From a virus (taxonomy: Duplodnaviria > Caudoviricetes): DNA of 55,325 nucleotides. Location of the stretch: IMG/VR virus record IMGVR_UViG_3300037863_000028, positions 1-55,325 of that record, one strand, 5' to 3'. Made by a program: the position numbers and the translations under genes. Shown piece by piece: positions 1-9,004 of the stretch. Each line of letters begins with the position of its first letter. Position 1 is the first letter of the stretch. A model generated the notes under the pieces. That model was not told the origin of the DNA. It did no database searches and saw nothing but the letters and a program-made list of their open reading frames with translations.

Positions 1-46
1 TGGTTAAATGCTGTCGCAACGTTGAACATAGCAGACATACTAGTAA
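1..46. repeat. 46-bp direct terminal overlap, identical to 55280..55325 (circular assembly signature)
   Basis: tggttaaatgctgtcgcaacgttgaacatagcagacatactagtaa occurs at both ends. Confidence 0.95.
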
Positions 47-1343
47 CTGCACCTGTGTTCCAAGAACCAATAGGTTGGTTAAATGCTGTCGCAACTTGGA
101 ACATACTAGCCATATCAGTAACTGCACTTGTATTTAAATCTGCAAGTGGAACATTGGTAGTACTAAAAGCAAACATACGTACTAAATTAGTAACCGTTTC
201 TGGTAAGTCTGGTGTGAAATAAGTTAGGTTATTAGTAGTTCCACGCATAGCAGAGTCAAGGCTAGTCAGCCCCATGCTAAACCCTAAGTTTTCTACGCGG
301 GTAAGAGCGCGTTGATCTATGGCTGTATTTAATCCATAGGCCGTAAGCGCACCTGTAATAACAACCGTTACTGTAGTTGTACCAACAGGGTATACGTGCG
401 ATTTAATACCGTTAGTCGTATATGTATTAGAAGTGCCATCGCCCCAAGTTACTTCTACATTTGTACCACTACCTAAAGGTATGTAGATAGTCCTAGACAC
501 AGCTAAGCTAATGTCGTACTCAAGCACAATAGAAGCACCACCAAAAAATACTGAGCGCTCTACCGACCATTCTGAAAATAGTGACGGGCTGCCTAAACTT
601 ACCCGGCCAACATACTGTGAGCGCCAAAGATAAGACTCACCTGCTACAAGCGAAGTAGGTATATTTGTAAGCGCGCCGTTAGTATGTATAACAGTATCAA
701 TAGGTGTGTCTACGCCGGGTATATCGCCACTAGCATAAAACTCTGTACGTGTTTCAACATAGCTAATGCCAAACACAATAGGGCTTTCAAACTGGCTAAC
801 TGTAACCGTACCTGACACAGCACCATTTCTAGTGATTGCAACAGGCTGAGTAATTAAGTCAGGAAATATTTGTGCGATGGGGTTTGAGAATGCAGACTGT
901 GTACCTTCAGTGCCAAGATACTGCGCTCGCCACCAGATAATATCGCCCGGCTCAAACCCATCTTCAGGGTACTGCAGATTATAAAAATTATCTGTAGCGC
1001 TTTCTACAACGCGTACATCTGGGAACTCAAAGTTAGGGCCGCCCGTTGTGCTAATCTCAAACCTAATGCCTGTTTGTATATATGACCCCGGGCTACGAAA
1101 GTCTGTAAGCGTTAAGCGGGAAGCATCATTTGCTGTTACTGGCACTCGACCAGACGGGCGAGATATTTCTACTTCATCTTGGGGGATTATCCAGTCGCTA
1201 CCATCAGAGAATCTGAACTCGCCGTTAGAGTAAACAGCCGCACCTTCGTACGCAGCAGCATCAAGCGTACCTAAGTCAACAACGTTAACCCCGTGACCGA
1301 TAAAAAGATTTTTACCTGAAGCATATCTACGTACGTCGCTCAT
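1..1343 (-). CDS. 5' part of a DUF285/BspA-like repeat virion (tail fibre/adhesin) protein; continues across the circular join into 55279..54442 (about 726 aa total)
   Basis: ATG at 1343 overlaps the TAA of the upstream gene (TAATG). It reads MSDVRRYASGKNLFIGHG... and reaches base 1 as [17 protein letters not shown], the same frame and sequence as the 54442..55317 ORF. Absent from the ORF track because it runs off the edge; I checked both ends, not every internal codon. Confidence 0.85.
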   Translation of the reverse strand, partial: MSDVRRYASGKNLFIGHGVNVVDLGTLDAAAYEGAAVYSNGEFRFSDGSDWIIPQDEVEISRPSGRVPVTANDASRLTLTDFRSPGSYIQTGIRFEISTTGGPNFEFPDVRVVESATDNFYNLQYPEDGFEPGDIIWWRAQYLGTEGTQSAFSNPIAQIFPDLITQPVAITRNGAVSGTVTVSQFESPIVFGISYVETRTEFYASGDIPGVDTPIDTVIHTNGALTNIPTSLVAGESYLWRSQYVGRVSLGSPSLFSEWSVERSVFFGGASIVLEYDISLAVSRTIYIPLGSGTNVEVTWGDGTSNTYTTNGIKSHVYPVGTTTVTVVITGALTAYGLNTAIDQRALTRVENLGFSMGLTSLDSAMRGTTNNLTYFTPDLPETVTNLVRMFAFSTTNVPLADLNTSAVTDMASMFQVATAFNQPIGSWNTGAVTSMSAMFNVATAFN

Positions 1344-1756
1344 TATACGATTACCTCAAATTGCTCACGCTGGCTCAGAATAAACGAGAAGTGCGCGATA
1401 GATGTTGTTGCTAGTGCAGACTTGGCCTGAAGCACCTCACCGGATTTTAAGACTTGTCGGTTTACATCTACGACAACACCATCTCCATTGGGCACATAAA
1501 TGTCTGCCATCACTGGGCGCACTACATCATCTGTACCGATAATTCTAACTGATACTAGTTGAGACGCAACACCTGCGTTAACAATAAGCAGCCCAGTAAC
1601 AATTGCGGCAGCACCAACTGTAGTATCCGGAGTGGGGCCATTAGCTGGGATAAGATAATCAGGCACATCGTAGATGGTAGTCCACTCATCTGTAATTACT
1701 ACACGTACAGCTTCAAATAAATTAAGTGGTGGGCGTGGTGTGACGATGGTTGGCAT
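1343..1756 (-). CDS. putative virion/tail structural protein
   Basis: 137-aa beta-rich ORF coupled between two tail-fibre-like genes. Confidence 0.7.
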   Translation of the reverse strand: MPTIVTPRPPLNLFEAVRVVITDEWTTIYDVPDYLIPANGPTPDTTVGAAAIVTGLLIVNAGVASQLVSVRIIGTDDVVRPVMADIYVPNGDGVVVDVNRQVLKSGEVLQAKSALATTSIAHFSFILSQREQFEVIV

Positions 1757-1759
1757 TTA

Positions 1760-4111
1760 TTAACCTCCAATTCCGATAATAAGTGGTAGGGCGATGTTCT
1801 GTACACCTCGGCTAAACGCCTGCCCCTCAATTGTGCTTCGCTCAAAGTCTACTCTTAGATCTTCACCTAGATATGTATCGCCGCTTTCAGTAGAGAATGT
1901 AGCATACACAGATCCGCCATTGCGTTTATATATTGCATCTAGCGGATTTAGTGATCTGCCAGTACCACGCTGTGAGAATGGTAGTGAGTTGTAATTAACC
2001 CCAGAGCCTGCATTACTAAACTGTTGTCCCGTAGCTTCTACAACAGACGAGAAGCCTACTTTGACTGGTGTCTCTACATTGGTCTTAATAAGCGCTATAA
2101 GCTCAGCTAACATCGTTTCGTCAGCAGTTGTAAGCCCCGGCCGTGCAAGTATACGGGCTTCAACAATATCGTAGCTACGCAAAAATATAGGTAGTAGTGC
2201 CACATCAAAGAAGTACGCAGCGTTCCAGTTAAACAAACCTTTCACAAAGAACTGAGAACCTTTATCCTGCCCTGAACGGAAGTCGCCCTCTAGCTTTACA
2301 AGCATTGTGTTTAAATCTATACGAGTAAAATCTTCTTGCGCTTGAGTAAAGTTTTGCACTGCAACAAATTCAGAAAATAATTGAGCGTAAACTTCGTCTA
2401 TGATGTCGTCACGATTCTGGTCAATTAAATCAGCTGCGTTGGTCGATACAATATAATTTAAGCTAACTACATCTTCTATACGAACCGCTAGACGGAAACC
2501 CGTAGAGGCAAATGCGTAGTCACCAAACGTATTGTTCGAGTTTGCTACGGTTACTTGCCCACCTTCGTGACACCATAAACCTACACGCGACCAGTTTGTA
2601 AACACCGACACAAGTTGAACAAAGGCGTTACGCACCATGACGTAGGCTACGCCATTTGGGTTAATAGCCGTAAAGCTATCTACCACACAAGAACGCAGCG
2701 GTGAAGAAGGCGCAAGCACTGAGCCGTCGGCACGGATATTACCACCACCACGGGGCATAAGTGGATTAGCTTGATTCTTGTCAATTGGTAGCGATAACTG
2801 CGCTTGCGTAAAGTTGTGCAGCATCGAGCAGTCAGAGATGTAAGGCGAACGGATAATCGTTGCGCCGGGCTTGAACACAAATGCAAAACCTTTAGTAGGT
2901 GGGCCGCTGTCTAATGTGTATGCTTCATGCTGTAAGTTTGAAAATGTAAACCCGCGCACTTTAATGCCTGAGTTCATTAAGAACATATTGTTTTCTTGCA
3001 AGCCGGGTGGCAGGCTAAGCTTCGTTACGCGCAAGTCATACCCGTATAATGCGCAGTTAATTGGCACTTCAGTATTAGGTTGTACAAGGTACTCACCGGG
3101 CTGCACGATAACAATCGCTGGCACACCAAGTGCGGCGGCCTTAGTCAGAGCAGCACCAATCGTTGCAAGAGGCACAGATAAACTTGTACCTGTCTGAGCA
3201 TCGCTACCAGCCATTGTTACGTAGAACGTACGGGCTACTGAGTAAGGATCACTAACCCCCGCACCTGCAGGAATTGTGCCAGCAGGCCATTGGAAGTCAA
3301 CGGGGATAACAATGTCGTCAGCTTCTATAACAAGCGGTGCTGGGTTAGGTGCAGCGATAAGGCCACAGATTTCTAAATTAGTTTTGTGTAAGTTGCCAAA
3401 GGTGCGAAACCAAGCCACGCCGTAGCGAGCGCTCTCAGGAGCATACACAGACACACCGGGCAGACTAGGCAGGCCAACGCTAACATCAAACTCAACCCGC
3501 CCAGAGGCAACAGTTAGGTTGTTGTTAGAGTGTAAGATGCTCTCACCGATCTTGATGTTAGCACCGTTGTACCAATCCATACCTGCGGTAATGCCATCGT
3601 TAGCGGGGTCGCCACTATCTTGAATACGGCGGTAAGCTACACGGAAATTGTATGTATCACCGGGTTGCAGGGGTACTGAAGATTTGGCAAACGCAGTGCC
3701 GCTAGATGTAAACTGAACTACATTACCGTCTACGCTATTGGTAGTTATCGCATTAGTGATTGTAAAATATGTAGGTGCATCGCCCGGGCGGTACTCACGG
3801 AACAGAAGCTGAGATGTCTGGCTATTTATATTGCCAACAGTAACACGTAACTCTACAAGACTACCGGGATTAAATGATAATGGGGAAGTGCTCTCAGCTC
3901 CACGGGCAATTGTTAATACATCGCCTACACGTGCAGTAACGTTAACGATTTCATACGTACCGTCTGTTGATACAATCGTAGCAAAGAAACTTTCTGACCC
4001 ACCTATATCTGGGAAGTTCGCACCAGTGCCCGTAGTTAGCGTTAGCGTAGTGCCAGTGTCGTTAATCGCAGAAGCTAAAAACCCACGTGCATTGTTCTTA
4101 AGCTTTATCAT
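1760..4111 (-). CDS. tail fibre / tailspike-like protein with probable beta-helix region
   Basis: N-terminus LKNNARGFLASAI...EIVNVTARVGDVLTIARGAEST is typical of phage tail-fibre anchors. TFYVTMAGSD...LATIGAAL...VQPGEY is typical of the start of pectin-lyase-like beta-helices. Confidence 0.75.
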   Translation of the reverse strand: MIKLKNNARGFLASAINDTGTTLTLTTGTGANFPDIGGSESFFATIVSTDGTYEIVNVTARVGDVLTIARGAESTSPLSFNPGSLVELRVTVGNINSQTSQLLFREYRPGDAPTYFTITNAITTNSVDGNVVQFTSSGTAFAKSSVPLQPGDTYNFRVAYRRIQDSGDPANDGITAGMDWYNGANIKIGESILHSNNNLTVASGRVEFDVSVGLPSLPGVSVYAPESARYGVAWFRTFGNLHKTNLEICGLIAAPNPAPLVIEADDIVIPVDFQWPAGTIPAGAGVSDPYSVARTFYVTMAGSDAQTGTSLSVPLATIGAALTKAAALGVPAIVIVQPGEYLVQPNTEVPINCALYGYDLRVTKLSLPPGLQENNMFLMNSGIKVRGFTFSNLQHEAYTLDSGPPTKGFAFVFKPGATIIRSPYISDCSMLHNFTQAQLSLPIDKNQANPLMPRGGGNIRADGSVLAPSSPLRSCVVDSFTAINPNGVAYVMVRNAFVQLVSVFTNWSRVGLWCHEGGQVTVANSNNTFGDYAFASTGFRLAVRIEDVVSLNYIVSTNAADLIDQNRDDIIDEVYAQLFSEFVAVQNFTQAQEDFTRIDLNTMLVKLEGDFRSGQDKGSQFFVKGLFNWNAAYFFDVALLPIFLRSYDIVEARILARPGLTTADETMLAELIALIKTNVETPVKVGFSSVVEATGQQFSNAGSGVNYNSLPFSQRGTGRSLNPLDAIYKRNGGSVYATFSTESGDTYLGEDLRVDFERSTIEGQAFSRGVQNIALPLIIGIGG

Positions 4112-4124
4112 CTAAACCCCCAAC

Positions 4125-4889
4125 CTACATAAAAGGTTGCATTTTAGCAGCCATTGAACCGCGCACGTTACCTAAGTTAGCCCGAGCACGGCGTTCATTT
4201 ATCGTAAAGCTATATTGTTTAGCGTGATATGAAGCCAGCTCGCGGTCACTCCAAGGTACATTAGGGATGACTAGCAATTCCTGCAACGCTCCATGTGTGA
4301 TCGTATCTTCTAACTCGTCTAAGATATATGCTGGCATGGATACCGCTGCTCGCTTGGGCTTAAGCGCATAAATAAGTCTGATTATATACTGAGTATTGCC
4401 GTCTGGTAAAGGCAGGACTATAAATTGGTCTGGCGTAACTTGTGTTATAGCTTGAGGTGTTGACGCTTTATCTAACGCATTAGATGTTATTTGAAACTCT
4501 GGACCACCGTTTAGTTCTAGCTCATTATAGGCAACACCATTAAACGCACCACCACTACCCCATAATTCTTCATAGGGTATACCACTATACAGGTCTGCCC
4601 ACTGCGGGTATATCTCAATAGCTTTATCTAACGTCAATCTAGTTAGGGGGTATCCGTTCACAGTAGCCATGAATACGGCGTGTACGTCGCTGTTAGCAGG
4701 CTTCTTATAGAAGTACTGGTGTACCCCTTCAGTTAGCGCGTAGGGCGGCTCTGAGTGCCTCCAGTACAGCGTACGCTCACACGTTCTTATCGCGCTATTA
4801 CGCACATACTGCATAATAGTAGGGAACGGACAGCCCGGCACACTTGGCTGAAGTCTTGTAACTAGAGAATCAAATGTGCGTTCTGACAT
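4125..4889 (-). CDS. tail tubular/adaptor protein
   Basis: 254 aa; VPGCP...VRNSAIRTCERT N-terminus and position after the head genes match podovirus adaptor proteins. Confidence 0.6.
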   Translation of the reverse strand: MSERTFDSLVTRLQPSVPGCPFPTIMQYVRNSAIRTCERTLYWRHSEPPYALTEGVHQYFYKKPANSDVHAVFMATVNGYPLTRLTLDKAIEIYPQWADLYSGIPYEELWGSGGAFNGVAYNELELNGGPEFQITSNALDKASTPQAITQVTPDQFIVLPLPDGNTQYIIRLIYALKPKRAAVSMPAYILDELEDTITHGALQELLVIPNVPWSDRELASYHAKQYSFTINERRARANLGNVRGSMAAKMQPFM

Positions 4890-5533
4890 TACACTACCTT
4901 CTTAGGATCTATACCAGCTGATTCCGTATCTGTAGCTACACGAGACTCTATAGATATGTTAAGGCCTTGGTAGAAAGAATCTTGAAATAGTTTGGCACGG
5001 TTAGAATTTACGTGCTCGTTGTCTATTGACTGCGCCATAAACACTGTACCATCTACAACCGATGGGAAGTATGCATCAGTGGGAAAAGTAACCGTGTCCA
5101 TCATACCGTAGTTAGGTGGGGTCTGAGCATACTCACCTACAAGTACTACACCCGCTTCTGGTCTAGGGTATACAAAAAACCTATTTGGGTTTCTCACGTG
5201 GCGCATAAAATTAACTGGTTGTCCAGATGCCTCGTTCTGCCACATAGGTGCAGATCTATCTATCGTATCGCGGTTTACTTCTGTAATAGCAGTGCCATTC
5301 TTTACTTGGAATATCTCTATAAGCCTAGTAGAATCAGCTGGACAATTCTGTAACACGGTATCTGGGGTAGTTGTAAAATCGCTGACAACAGCAAATAGGT
5401 CTGGTCTAACACTCAATATTTTTTTAAGTGTCTGGTTAACAAACCCCAGAAGCATAGAGTCACTATATCGATAAGGAACTCTAGTATCCTGTATCAGTGA
5501 TCTAACTTCGGCAATTACCCCAGCAGGTGTCAT
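4889..5533 (-). CDS. head-tail adaptor-like protein (DUF6682-like)
   Basis: VIAEVRSLIQD...RYSDSMLLGFVN...RPD and FFVYP motifs; position in the structural operon. Confidence 0.6.
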   Translation of the reverse strand: MTPAGVIAEVRSLIQDTRVPYRYSDSMLLGFVNQTLKKILSVRPDLFAVVSDFTTTPDTVLQNCPADSTRLIEIFQVKNGTAITEVNRDTIDRSAPMWQNEASGQPVNFMRHVRNPNRFFVYPRPEAGVVLVGEYAQTPPNYGMMDTVTFPTDAYFPSVVDGTVFMAQSIDNEHVNSNRAKLFQDSFYQGLNISIESRVATDTESAGIDPKKVV

Positions 5534-5793
5534 GGCAACTTCCTAGATGCGTCTGCGTTAACGTCTGCATTAGTATACTCGGGTTCTTGTGGCACGTCTT
5601 CAGTTGATAGGTCTAATCCAAACCCACGTTTAGCGCGAGCCTTCTTAACCTTCTCAACTACTTCTTCTGTTACAAAGCGTTCTGGGTATGCAATTTCTTC
5701 TGATATAACTTCACACCCGGGGTTAACAGCTAAGATCTCGCTGTAGTCATAGATGAAACCGTCTTTAATAACACGTATGTACATCTTGCTCAT
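5530..5793 (-). CDS. hypothetical protein
   Basis: 87-aa ORF with ATGA overlaps to both neighbours. Confidence 0.7.
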   Translation of the reverse strand: MSKMYIRVIKDGFIYDYSEILAVNPGCEVISEEIAYPERFVTEEVVEKVKKARAKRGFGLDLSTEDVPQEPEYTNADVNADASRKLP

Positions 5794-5948
5794 TTTGATT
5801 TTCCTTTGGCTGCTCGCATATTGTCAACTAGGTTTGGGTAGGGGCGACCTGCTTTCTTAGCAGCTGCCTTCGCTTTAGACTTTTGCGCAGGGCTTAACGC
5901 CTTAGGCTTACCTAAAGATTTGGGCCGTGGTTTATTCCAGACTTCCAT
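5790..5948 (-). CDS. small basic protein (52 aa, MEVWNKPRPKSLGKPKALSPAQKSKAKAAAKKAGRPYPNLVDNMRAAKGKSK)
   Basis: Translated by hand (below the ORF-track cutoff). Fills the gap exactly and has an ATGA overlap with the next gene. Confidence 0.75.
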   Translation of the reverse strand: MEVWNKPRPKSLGKPKALSPAQKSKAKAAAKKAGRPYPNLVDNMRAAKGKSK

Positions 5949-5949
5949 A

Positions 5950-6204
5950 TCAACACTTCCATGCGCGTAGACTTTTGTTAATGCGGCTATCGGGATCGTT
6001 AGCCGTTTTAGCGGATGTTAACTTCTTCTTCATGCCAGTCATTCTTTTGCAAAATGATTCTTTACGCGCCCCACCTTCTGGCTGTGGAGCTTTAAGTCCG
6101 GGCTTACCCGGATTAGCTTTGTTATATGATGCACGACCTTTGGCGTTTAATCCGCCCTCTGGGTCTTTACCTTCAGCCCTAGTCCATGCTGGAGTCTTAG
6201 CCAT
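5950..6204 (-). CDS. small basic conserved phage protein
   Basis: AWTRAEGKDPEGGLNAKGRASY...RKESFCKRM...SLRAWKC, a motif pattern common in environmental phages; GAGG RBS. Confidence 0.75.
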   Translation of the reverse strand: MAKTPAWTRAEGKDPEGGLNAKGRASYNKANPGKPGLKAPQPEGGARKESFCKRMTGMKKKLTSAKTANDPDSRINKSLRAWKC

Positions 6205-6222
6205 AGTAGCCTCGATTATGTA

Positions 6223-6238
6223 GGGGGCCGAAGCCCCC
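6223..6238 (-). terminator. GC hairpin with UUCG loop after the decoration gene
   Basis: GGGGGC-TTCG-GCCCCC on the minus strand; no clear U-tract. Confidence 0.5.
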
Positions 6239-6243
6239 CGTTA

Positions 6244-6699
6244 CTAGTTAGCGTTAGCTACAAATGCAAAGAACTTTACCACAGCATTGACAGGTACAGC
6301 GGTGTTCAAAAGAACATCAATTGTATCAGCTGTAACTACAACAGTTGGGTTAGCCAAGTCTGCAGCTTTTAAGCCTGTAGCATTGGTAGCCAAGTCGTTA
6401 CCGTAGGCGTTAGCAGCAGCAGGTGTACCACCTGTGAAACCAATATCTAAAGTAGCTGTAGTGTTTGTTGTTTCAGCAGTTACAACCGTAGCACCAGCCG
6501 ATAAAACAATAGAGCCTGCAGGTAAAGCAATAACTTGCAGTGTATCATTAGCAGCTAATGCAGTAGCACCAGCAGCAGTACGAGCTGCTTTTACAGCAGC
6601 GAAATCGACCGTAACTTCAAACTTAGATACTTGATCGATGGTAGCGGGGAAGGCAGCAGCGCCTTTATTAAACCCCAATGAGTCGGTATATGCAGCCAT
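6244..6699 (-). CDS. putative capsid decoration/cement protein
   Basis: 151-aa Ala/Thr-rich beta protein (ANDTLQVIALPAGSIVL) directly after the major capsid gene. Confidence 0.6.
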   Translation of the reverse strand: MAAYTDSLGFNKGAAAFPATIDQVSKFEVTVDFAAVKAARTAAGATALAANDTLQVIALPAGSIVLSAGATVVTAETTNTTATLDIGFTGGTPAAANAYGNDLATNATGLKAADLANPTVVVTADTIDVLLNTAVPVNAVVKFFAFVANAN

Positions 6700-6727
6700 T
6701 TCAATGTCCTTTAAAAGATAGGTTCGT

Positions 6728-6749
6728 AAAGGGGGGCGTTAACCCCCCT
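6728..6749 (-). terminator. hairpin/weak terminator after the major capsid gene
   Basis: GGGGGG-TTAACG-CCCCCC-TTT on the minus strand. Confidence 0.5.
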
Positions 6750-6754
6750 ATAGA

Positions 6755-7681
6755 TTACGAGAACTGGATAACAGCAGTAGACAGAGCTTCGCCCTTAACA
6801 ACTTTATAACCGTAGACTTGTAAGCCACGGATAATGTTGCCGAAGGTTGACTCAGAACGGATGGTTTCCATGTTTGTCATCTGTGACGCAAACGTAAAGC
6901 CCATCTTATGGCCACTGATGATGTTGTACTTACCAGCAGACACAGCCAAGTTGTGGCTGACGTAGATAGTAAAGCGGTCAACCATACCTAGGCGGCCGTT
7001 ACGTAACGGGCTAGTACTATCGCCAGTCAACGACGCATCTTTAAGCTCAGACTTCTTAATCAAGCCAGCCATTTTAGCGGGGATGATAAGGAAGCGGTCG
7101 CTCTCAGGTGCATTGGCTTCATCAAGCACAGTACCCATGTCAACGATTAAGTCGATGACAGAAGTAGTAGAACTAGCGCCGTCTTTAGTAACAGTCAAAG
7201 GCGAACCAGTTGTACCAAGGTTAAATGAAGCTGACTGCTCACCAGCAGTAGCGCCTTTGTTAAACGCAGATATATCTGGTAACAAGTCTGTCAACACACG
7301 CTTGTCGATCTGGATCTTCATACGCTCTGAAGCGTCTTTAGACCAAGTGTCCATTAAGTTAATGTCTGACTGAACTTTATCCACATCGTCTTCAACGCAA
7401 GCGAAGTACTCGCCCTTGTCAATAACAAGTTGAATCTTAGGCTTGTCAGGATTATCAACTGTCAAAGTTTGACCTTTAACGTAGTTGCGGATAGAAATTT
7501 CTGGAGTCGTACGGATATTTACGGTGTCACCGAACTGGCGAATCTCACCTTCATAAACGGTATTTGAGATTGCAGCTAGTACAGTTGCGTCGTAAAAGTT
7601 TTCAATAAGTTTGCCTGACCAAATTTCAGGGATAAAGTTACCACTGTAGTTTGGGCGGCCGGGGGAGACTGGATATACCAT
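6755..7681 (-). CDS. major capsid protein
   Basis: 308 aa; NFIPEIWSGKL...YEGEI...GDTVNI pattern of podovirus HK97-fold capsids; follows the scaffold gene. Confidence 0.9.
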   Translation of the reverse strand: MVYPVSPGRPNYSGNFIPEIWSGKLIENFYDATVLAAISNTVYEGEIRQFGDTVNIRTTPEISIRNYVKGQTLTVDNPDKPKIQLVIDKGEYFACVEDDVDKVQSDINLMDTWSKDASERMKIQIDKRVLTDLLPDISAFNKGATAGEQSASFNLGTTGSPLTVTKDGASSTTSVIDLIVDMGTVLDEANAPESDRFLIIPAKMAGLIKKSELKDASLTGDSTSPLRNGRLGMVDRFTIYVSHNLAVSAGKYNIISGHKMGFTFASQMTNMETIRSESTFGNIIRGLQVYGYKVVKGEALSTAVIQFS

Positions 7682-7695
7682 GATGTATTCCTAAA

Positions 7696-8739
7696 TTAAG
7701 CATTAGCGACAATGCGATTATCCCGCTGTGCAGCAAAGATATCGCGTTCAAGTCGGTCACGTTCTGCTTCTCTGCCTTTGTACTTACCCTTACGGACATC
7801 TTCAAAAAACTTCTTAATGTCATCAGGAGAATATACTTTAGCACTAGACCCAGTTGGAGTACTGCCACTTCGGGGTTTACCCGGAGATACTTGCCGTTCC
7901 AACTCGGATGCAGGCGTTGACCGTTCAGAGCTTCGAGCAGTACTAACAGACCCATTCATCCCTAACCAAGTTGTAAAGAAGTTTCCAACACGTCTTACAT
8001 CTAGGTTACGCTGCGCATCTTCGAGAATAGTTTGACGAGCAACCCCGGTAAAAGGATCTGACTCTAACAACCAAGACTGAAAATCTGGATCGTTATTGAC
8101 ATCTCGCCAAGACGGTACTGATACAGCCAAGTCAGACCAGAACTGTTGCTCGGAAGACATAGCCTGCCTTTGCGTTAAGTTCTGAACCTGTGGCACAACA
8201 TTCGTTTGCAGTTGCTGTAGTAATCTCTCAATCTGATCCATCTTCTGTATGACTGGCGCAGCTTCCTCGCGGGAGACACGACGCATAACATCAATAGATT
8301 CACCATATTCCTCTCGGTCTTGGTCCGTAATATACGGTTTGTTCTCAACCTTAGTAGCTGGTGCAGTATTCGACTGTGCTGAAAGAGTAGCTAACAACTG
8401 CTCCATTTGCTGTACCCGTGACTGAAGGTCTCGGTTCTGCGTGTGAAGCCTCGGTACTTCTGCGTTGTACATACCTTGAAGTGTCTTGTATTTCTGTACA
8501 AAATCTTCTGGGGTATTACCTTCTTCATTACTTGTACCACCTGAACGCTGCTCATTATCAAATGGTTGGGGCGCACTATCACGTACAGTATTACCGTCGG
8601 CGTTTTTGTTACTTACAGATTGATCTTTAACTATATCAAAGTCATCGGGGGTATCGCCCTGCTCAGATTCAGCGTTTATCTCTCTGTATAGTTCTTTAAC
8701 TGCCTCGGTCTGTTTACGGATTTGCTCTGGGATTGCCAT
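7696..8739 (-). CDS. capsid scaffolding protein
   Basis: Acidic/coiled-coil 347 aa with KYKTLQGMYNAEVPRL, between portal and capsid. Confidence 0.75.
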   Translation of the reverse strand: MAIPEQIRKQTEAVKELYREINAESEQGDTPDDFDIVKDQSVSNKNADGNTVRDSAPQPFDNEQRSGGTSNEEGNTPEDFVQKYKTLQGMYNAEVPRLHTQNRDLQSRVQQMEQLLATLSAQSNTAPATKVENKPYITDQDREEYGESIDVMRRVSREEAAPVIQKMDQIERLLQQLQTNVVPQVQNLTQRQAMSSEQQFWSDLAVSVPSWRDVNNDPDFQSWLLESDPFTGVARQTILEDAQRNLDVRRVGNFFTTWLGMNGSVSTARSSERSTPASELERQVSPGKPRSGSTPTGSSAKVYSPDDIKKFFEDVRKGKYKGREAERDRLERDIFAAQRDNRIVANA

Positions 8740-8782
8740 AATTTACGCTCCTAATGGTGTGCGTGGTGTTGTCGGGCGAGTC

Positions 8783-9004
8783 TCATAGTGACTTTGCCTT
8801 GACTATTTCAGGGGAATCTTTAGCGAACTTATACAGTTCACCTAAAACCTGACATCGCCCCTGTGCTAATGCAGGTGTATTAATTGCATGTGGCAGCTTA
8901 TCATACTCTTGTTCTTTCCATTCGCGCAACCACTCCAATATTTCTGGATGCTGGCGCACAACATAGGCAAGAGCTTTAGTGACTGCCGGATCGGGATGCT
9001 TCAC
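8783..9004 (-). CDS. hypothetical protein (portal-adjacent)
   Basis: 73 aa with a QGR motif, overlapping the portal stop. Confidence 0.7.
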   Translation of the reverse strand: MKHPDPAVTKALAYVVRQHPEILEWLREWKEQEYDKLPHAINTPALAQGRCQVLGELYKFAKDSPEIVKAKSL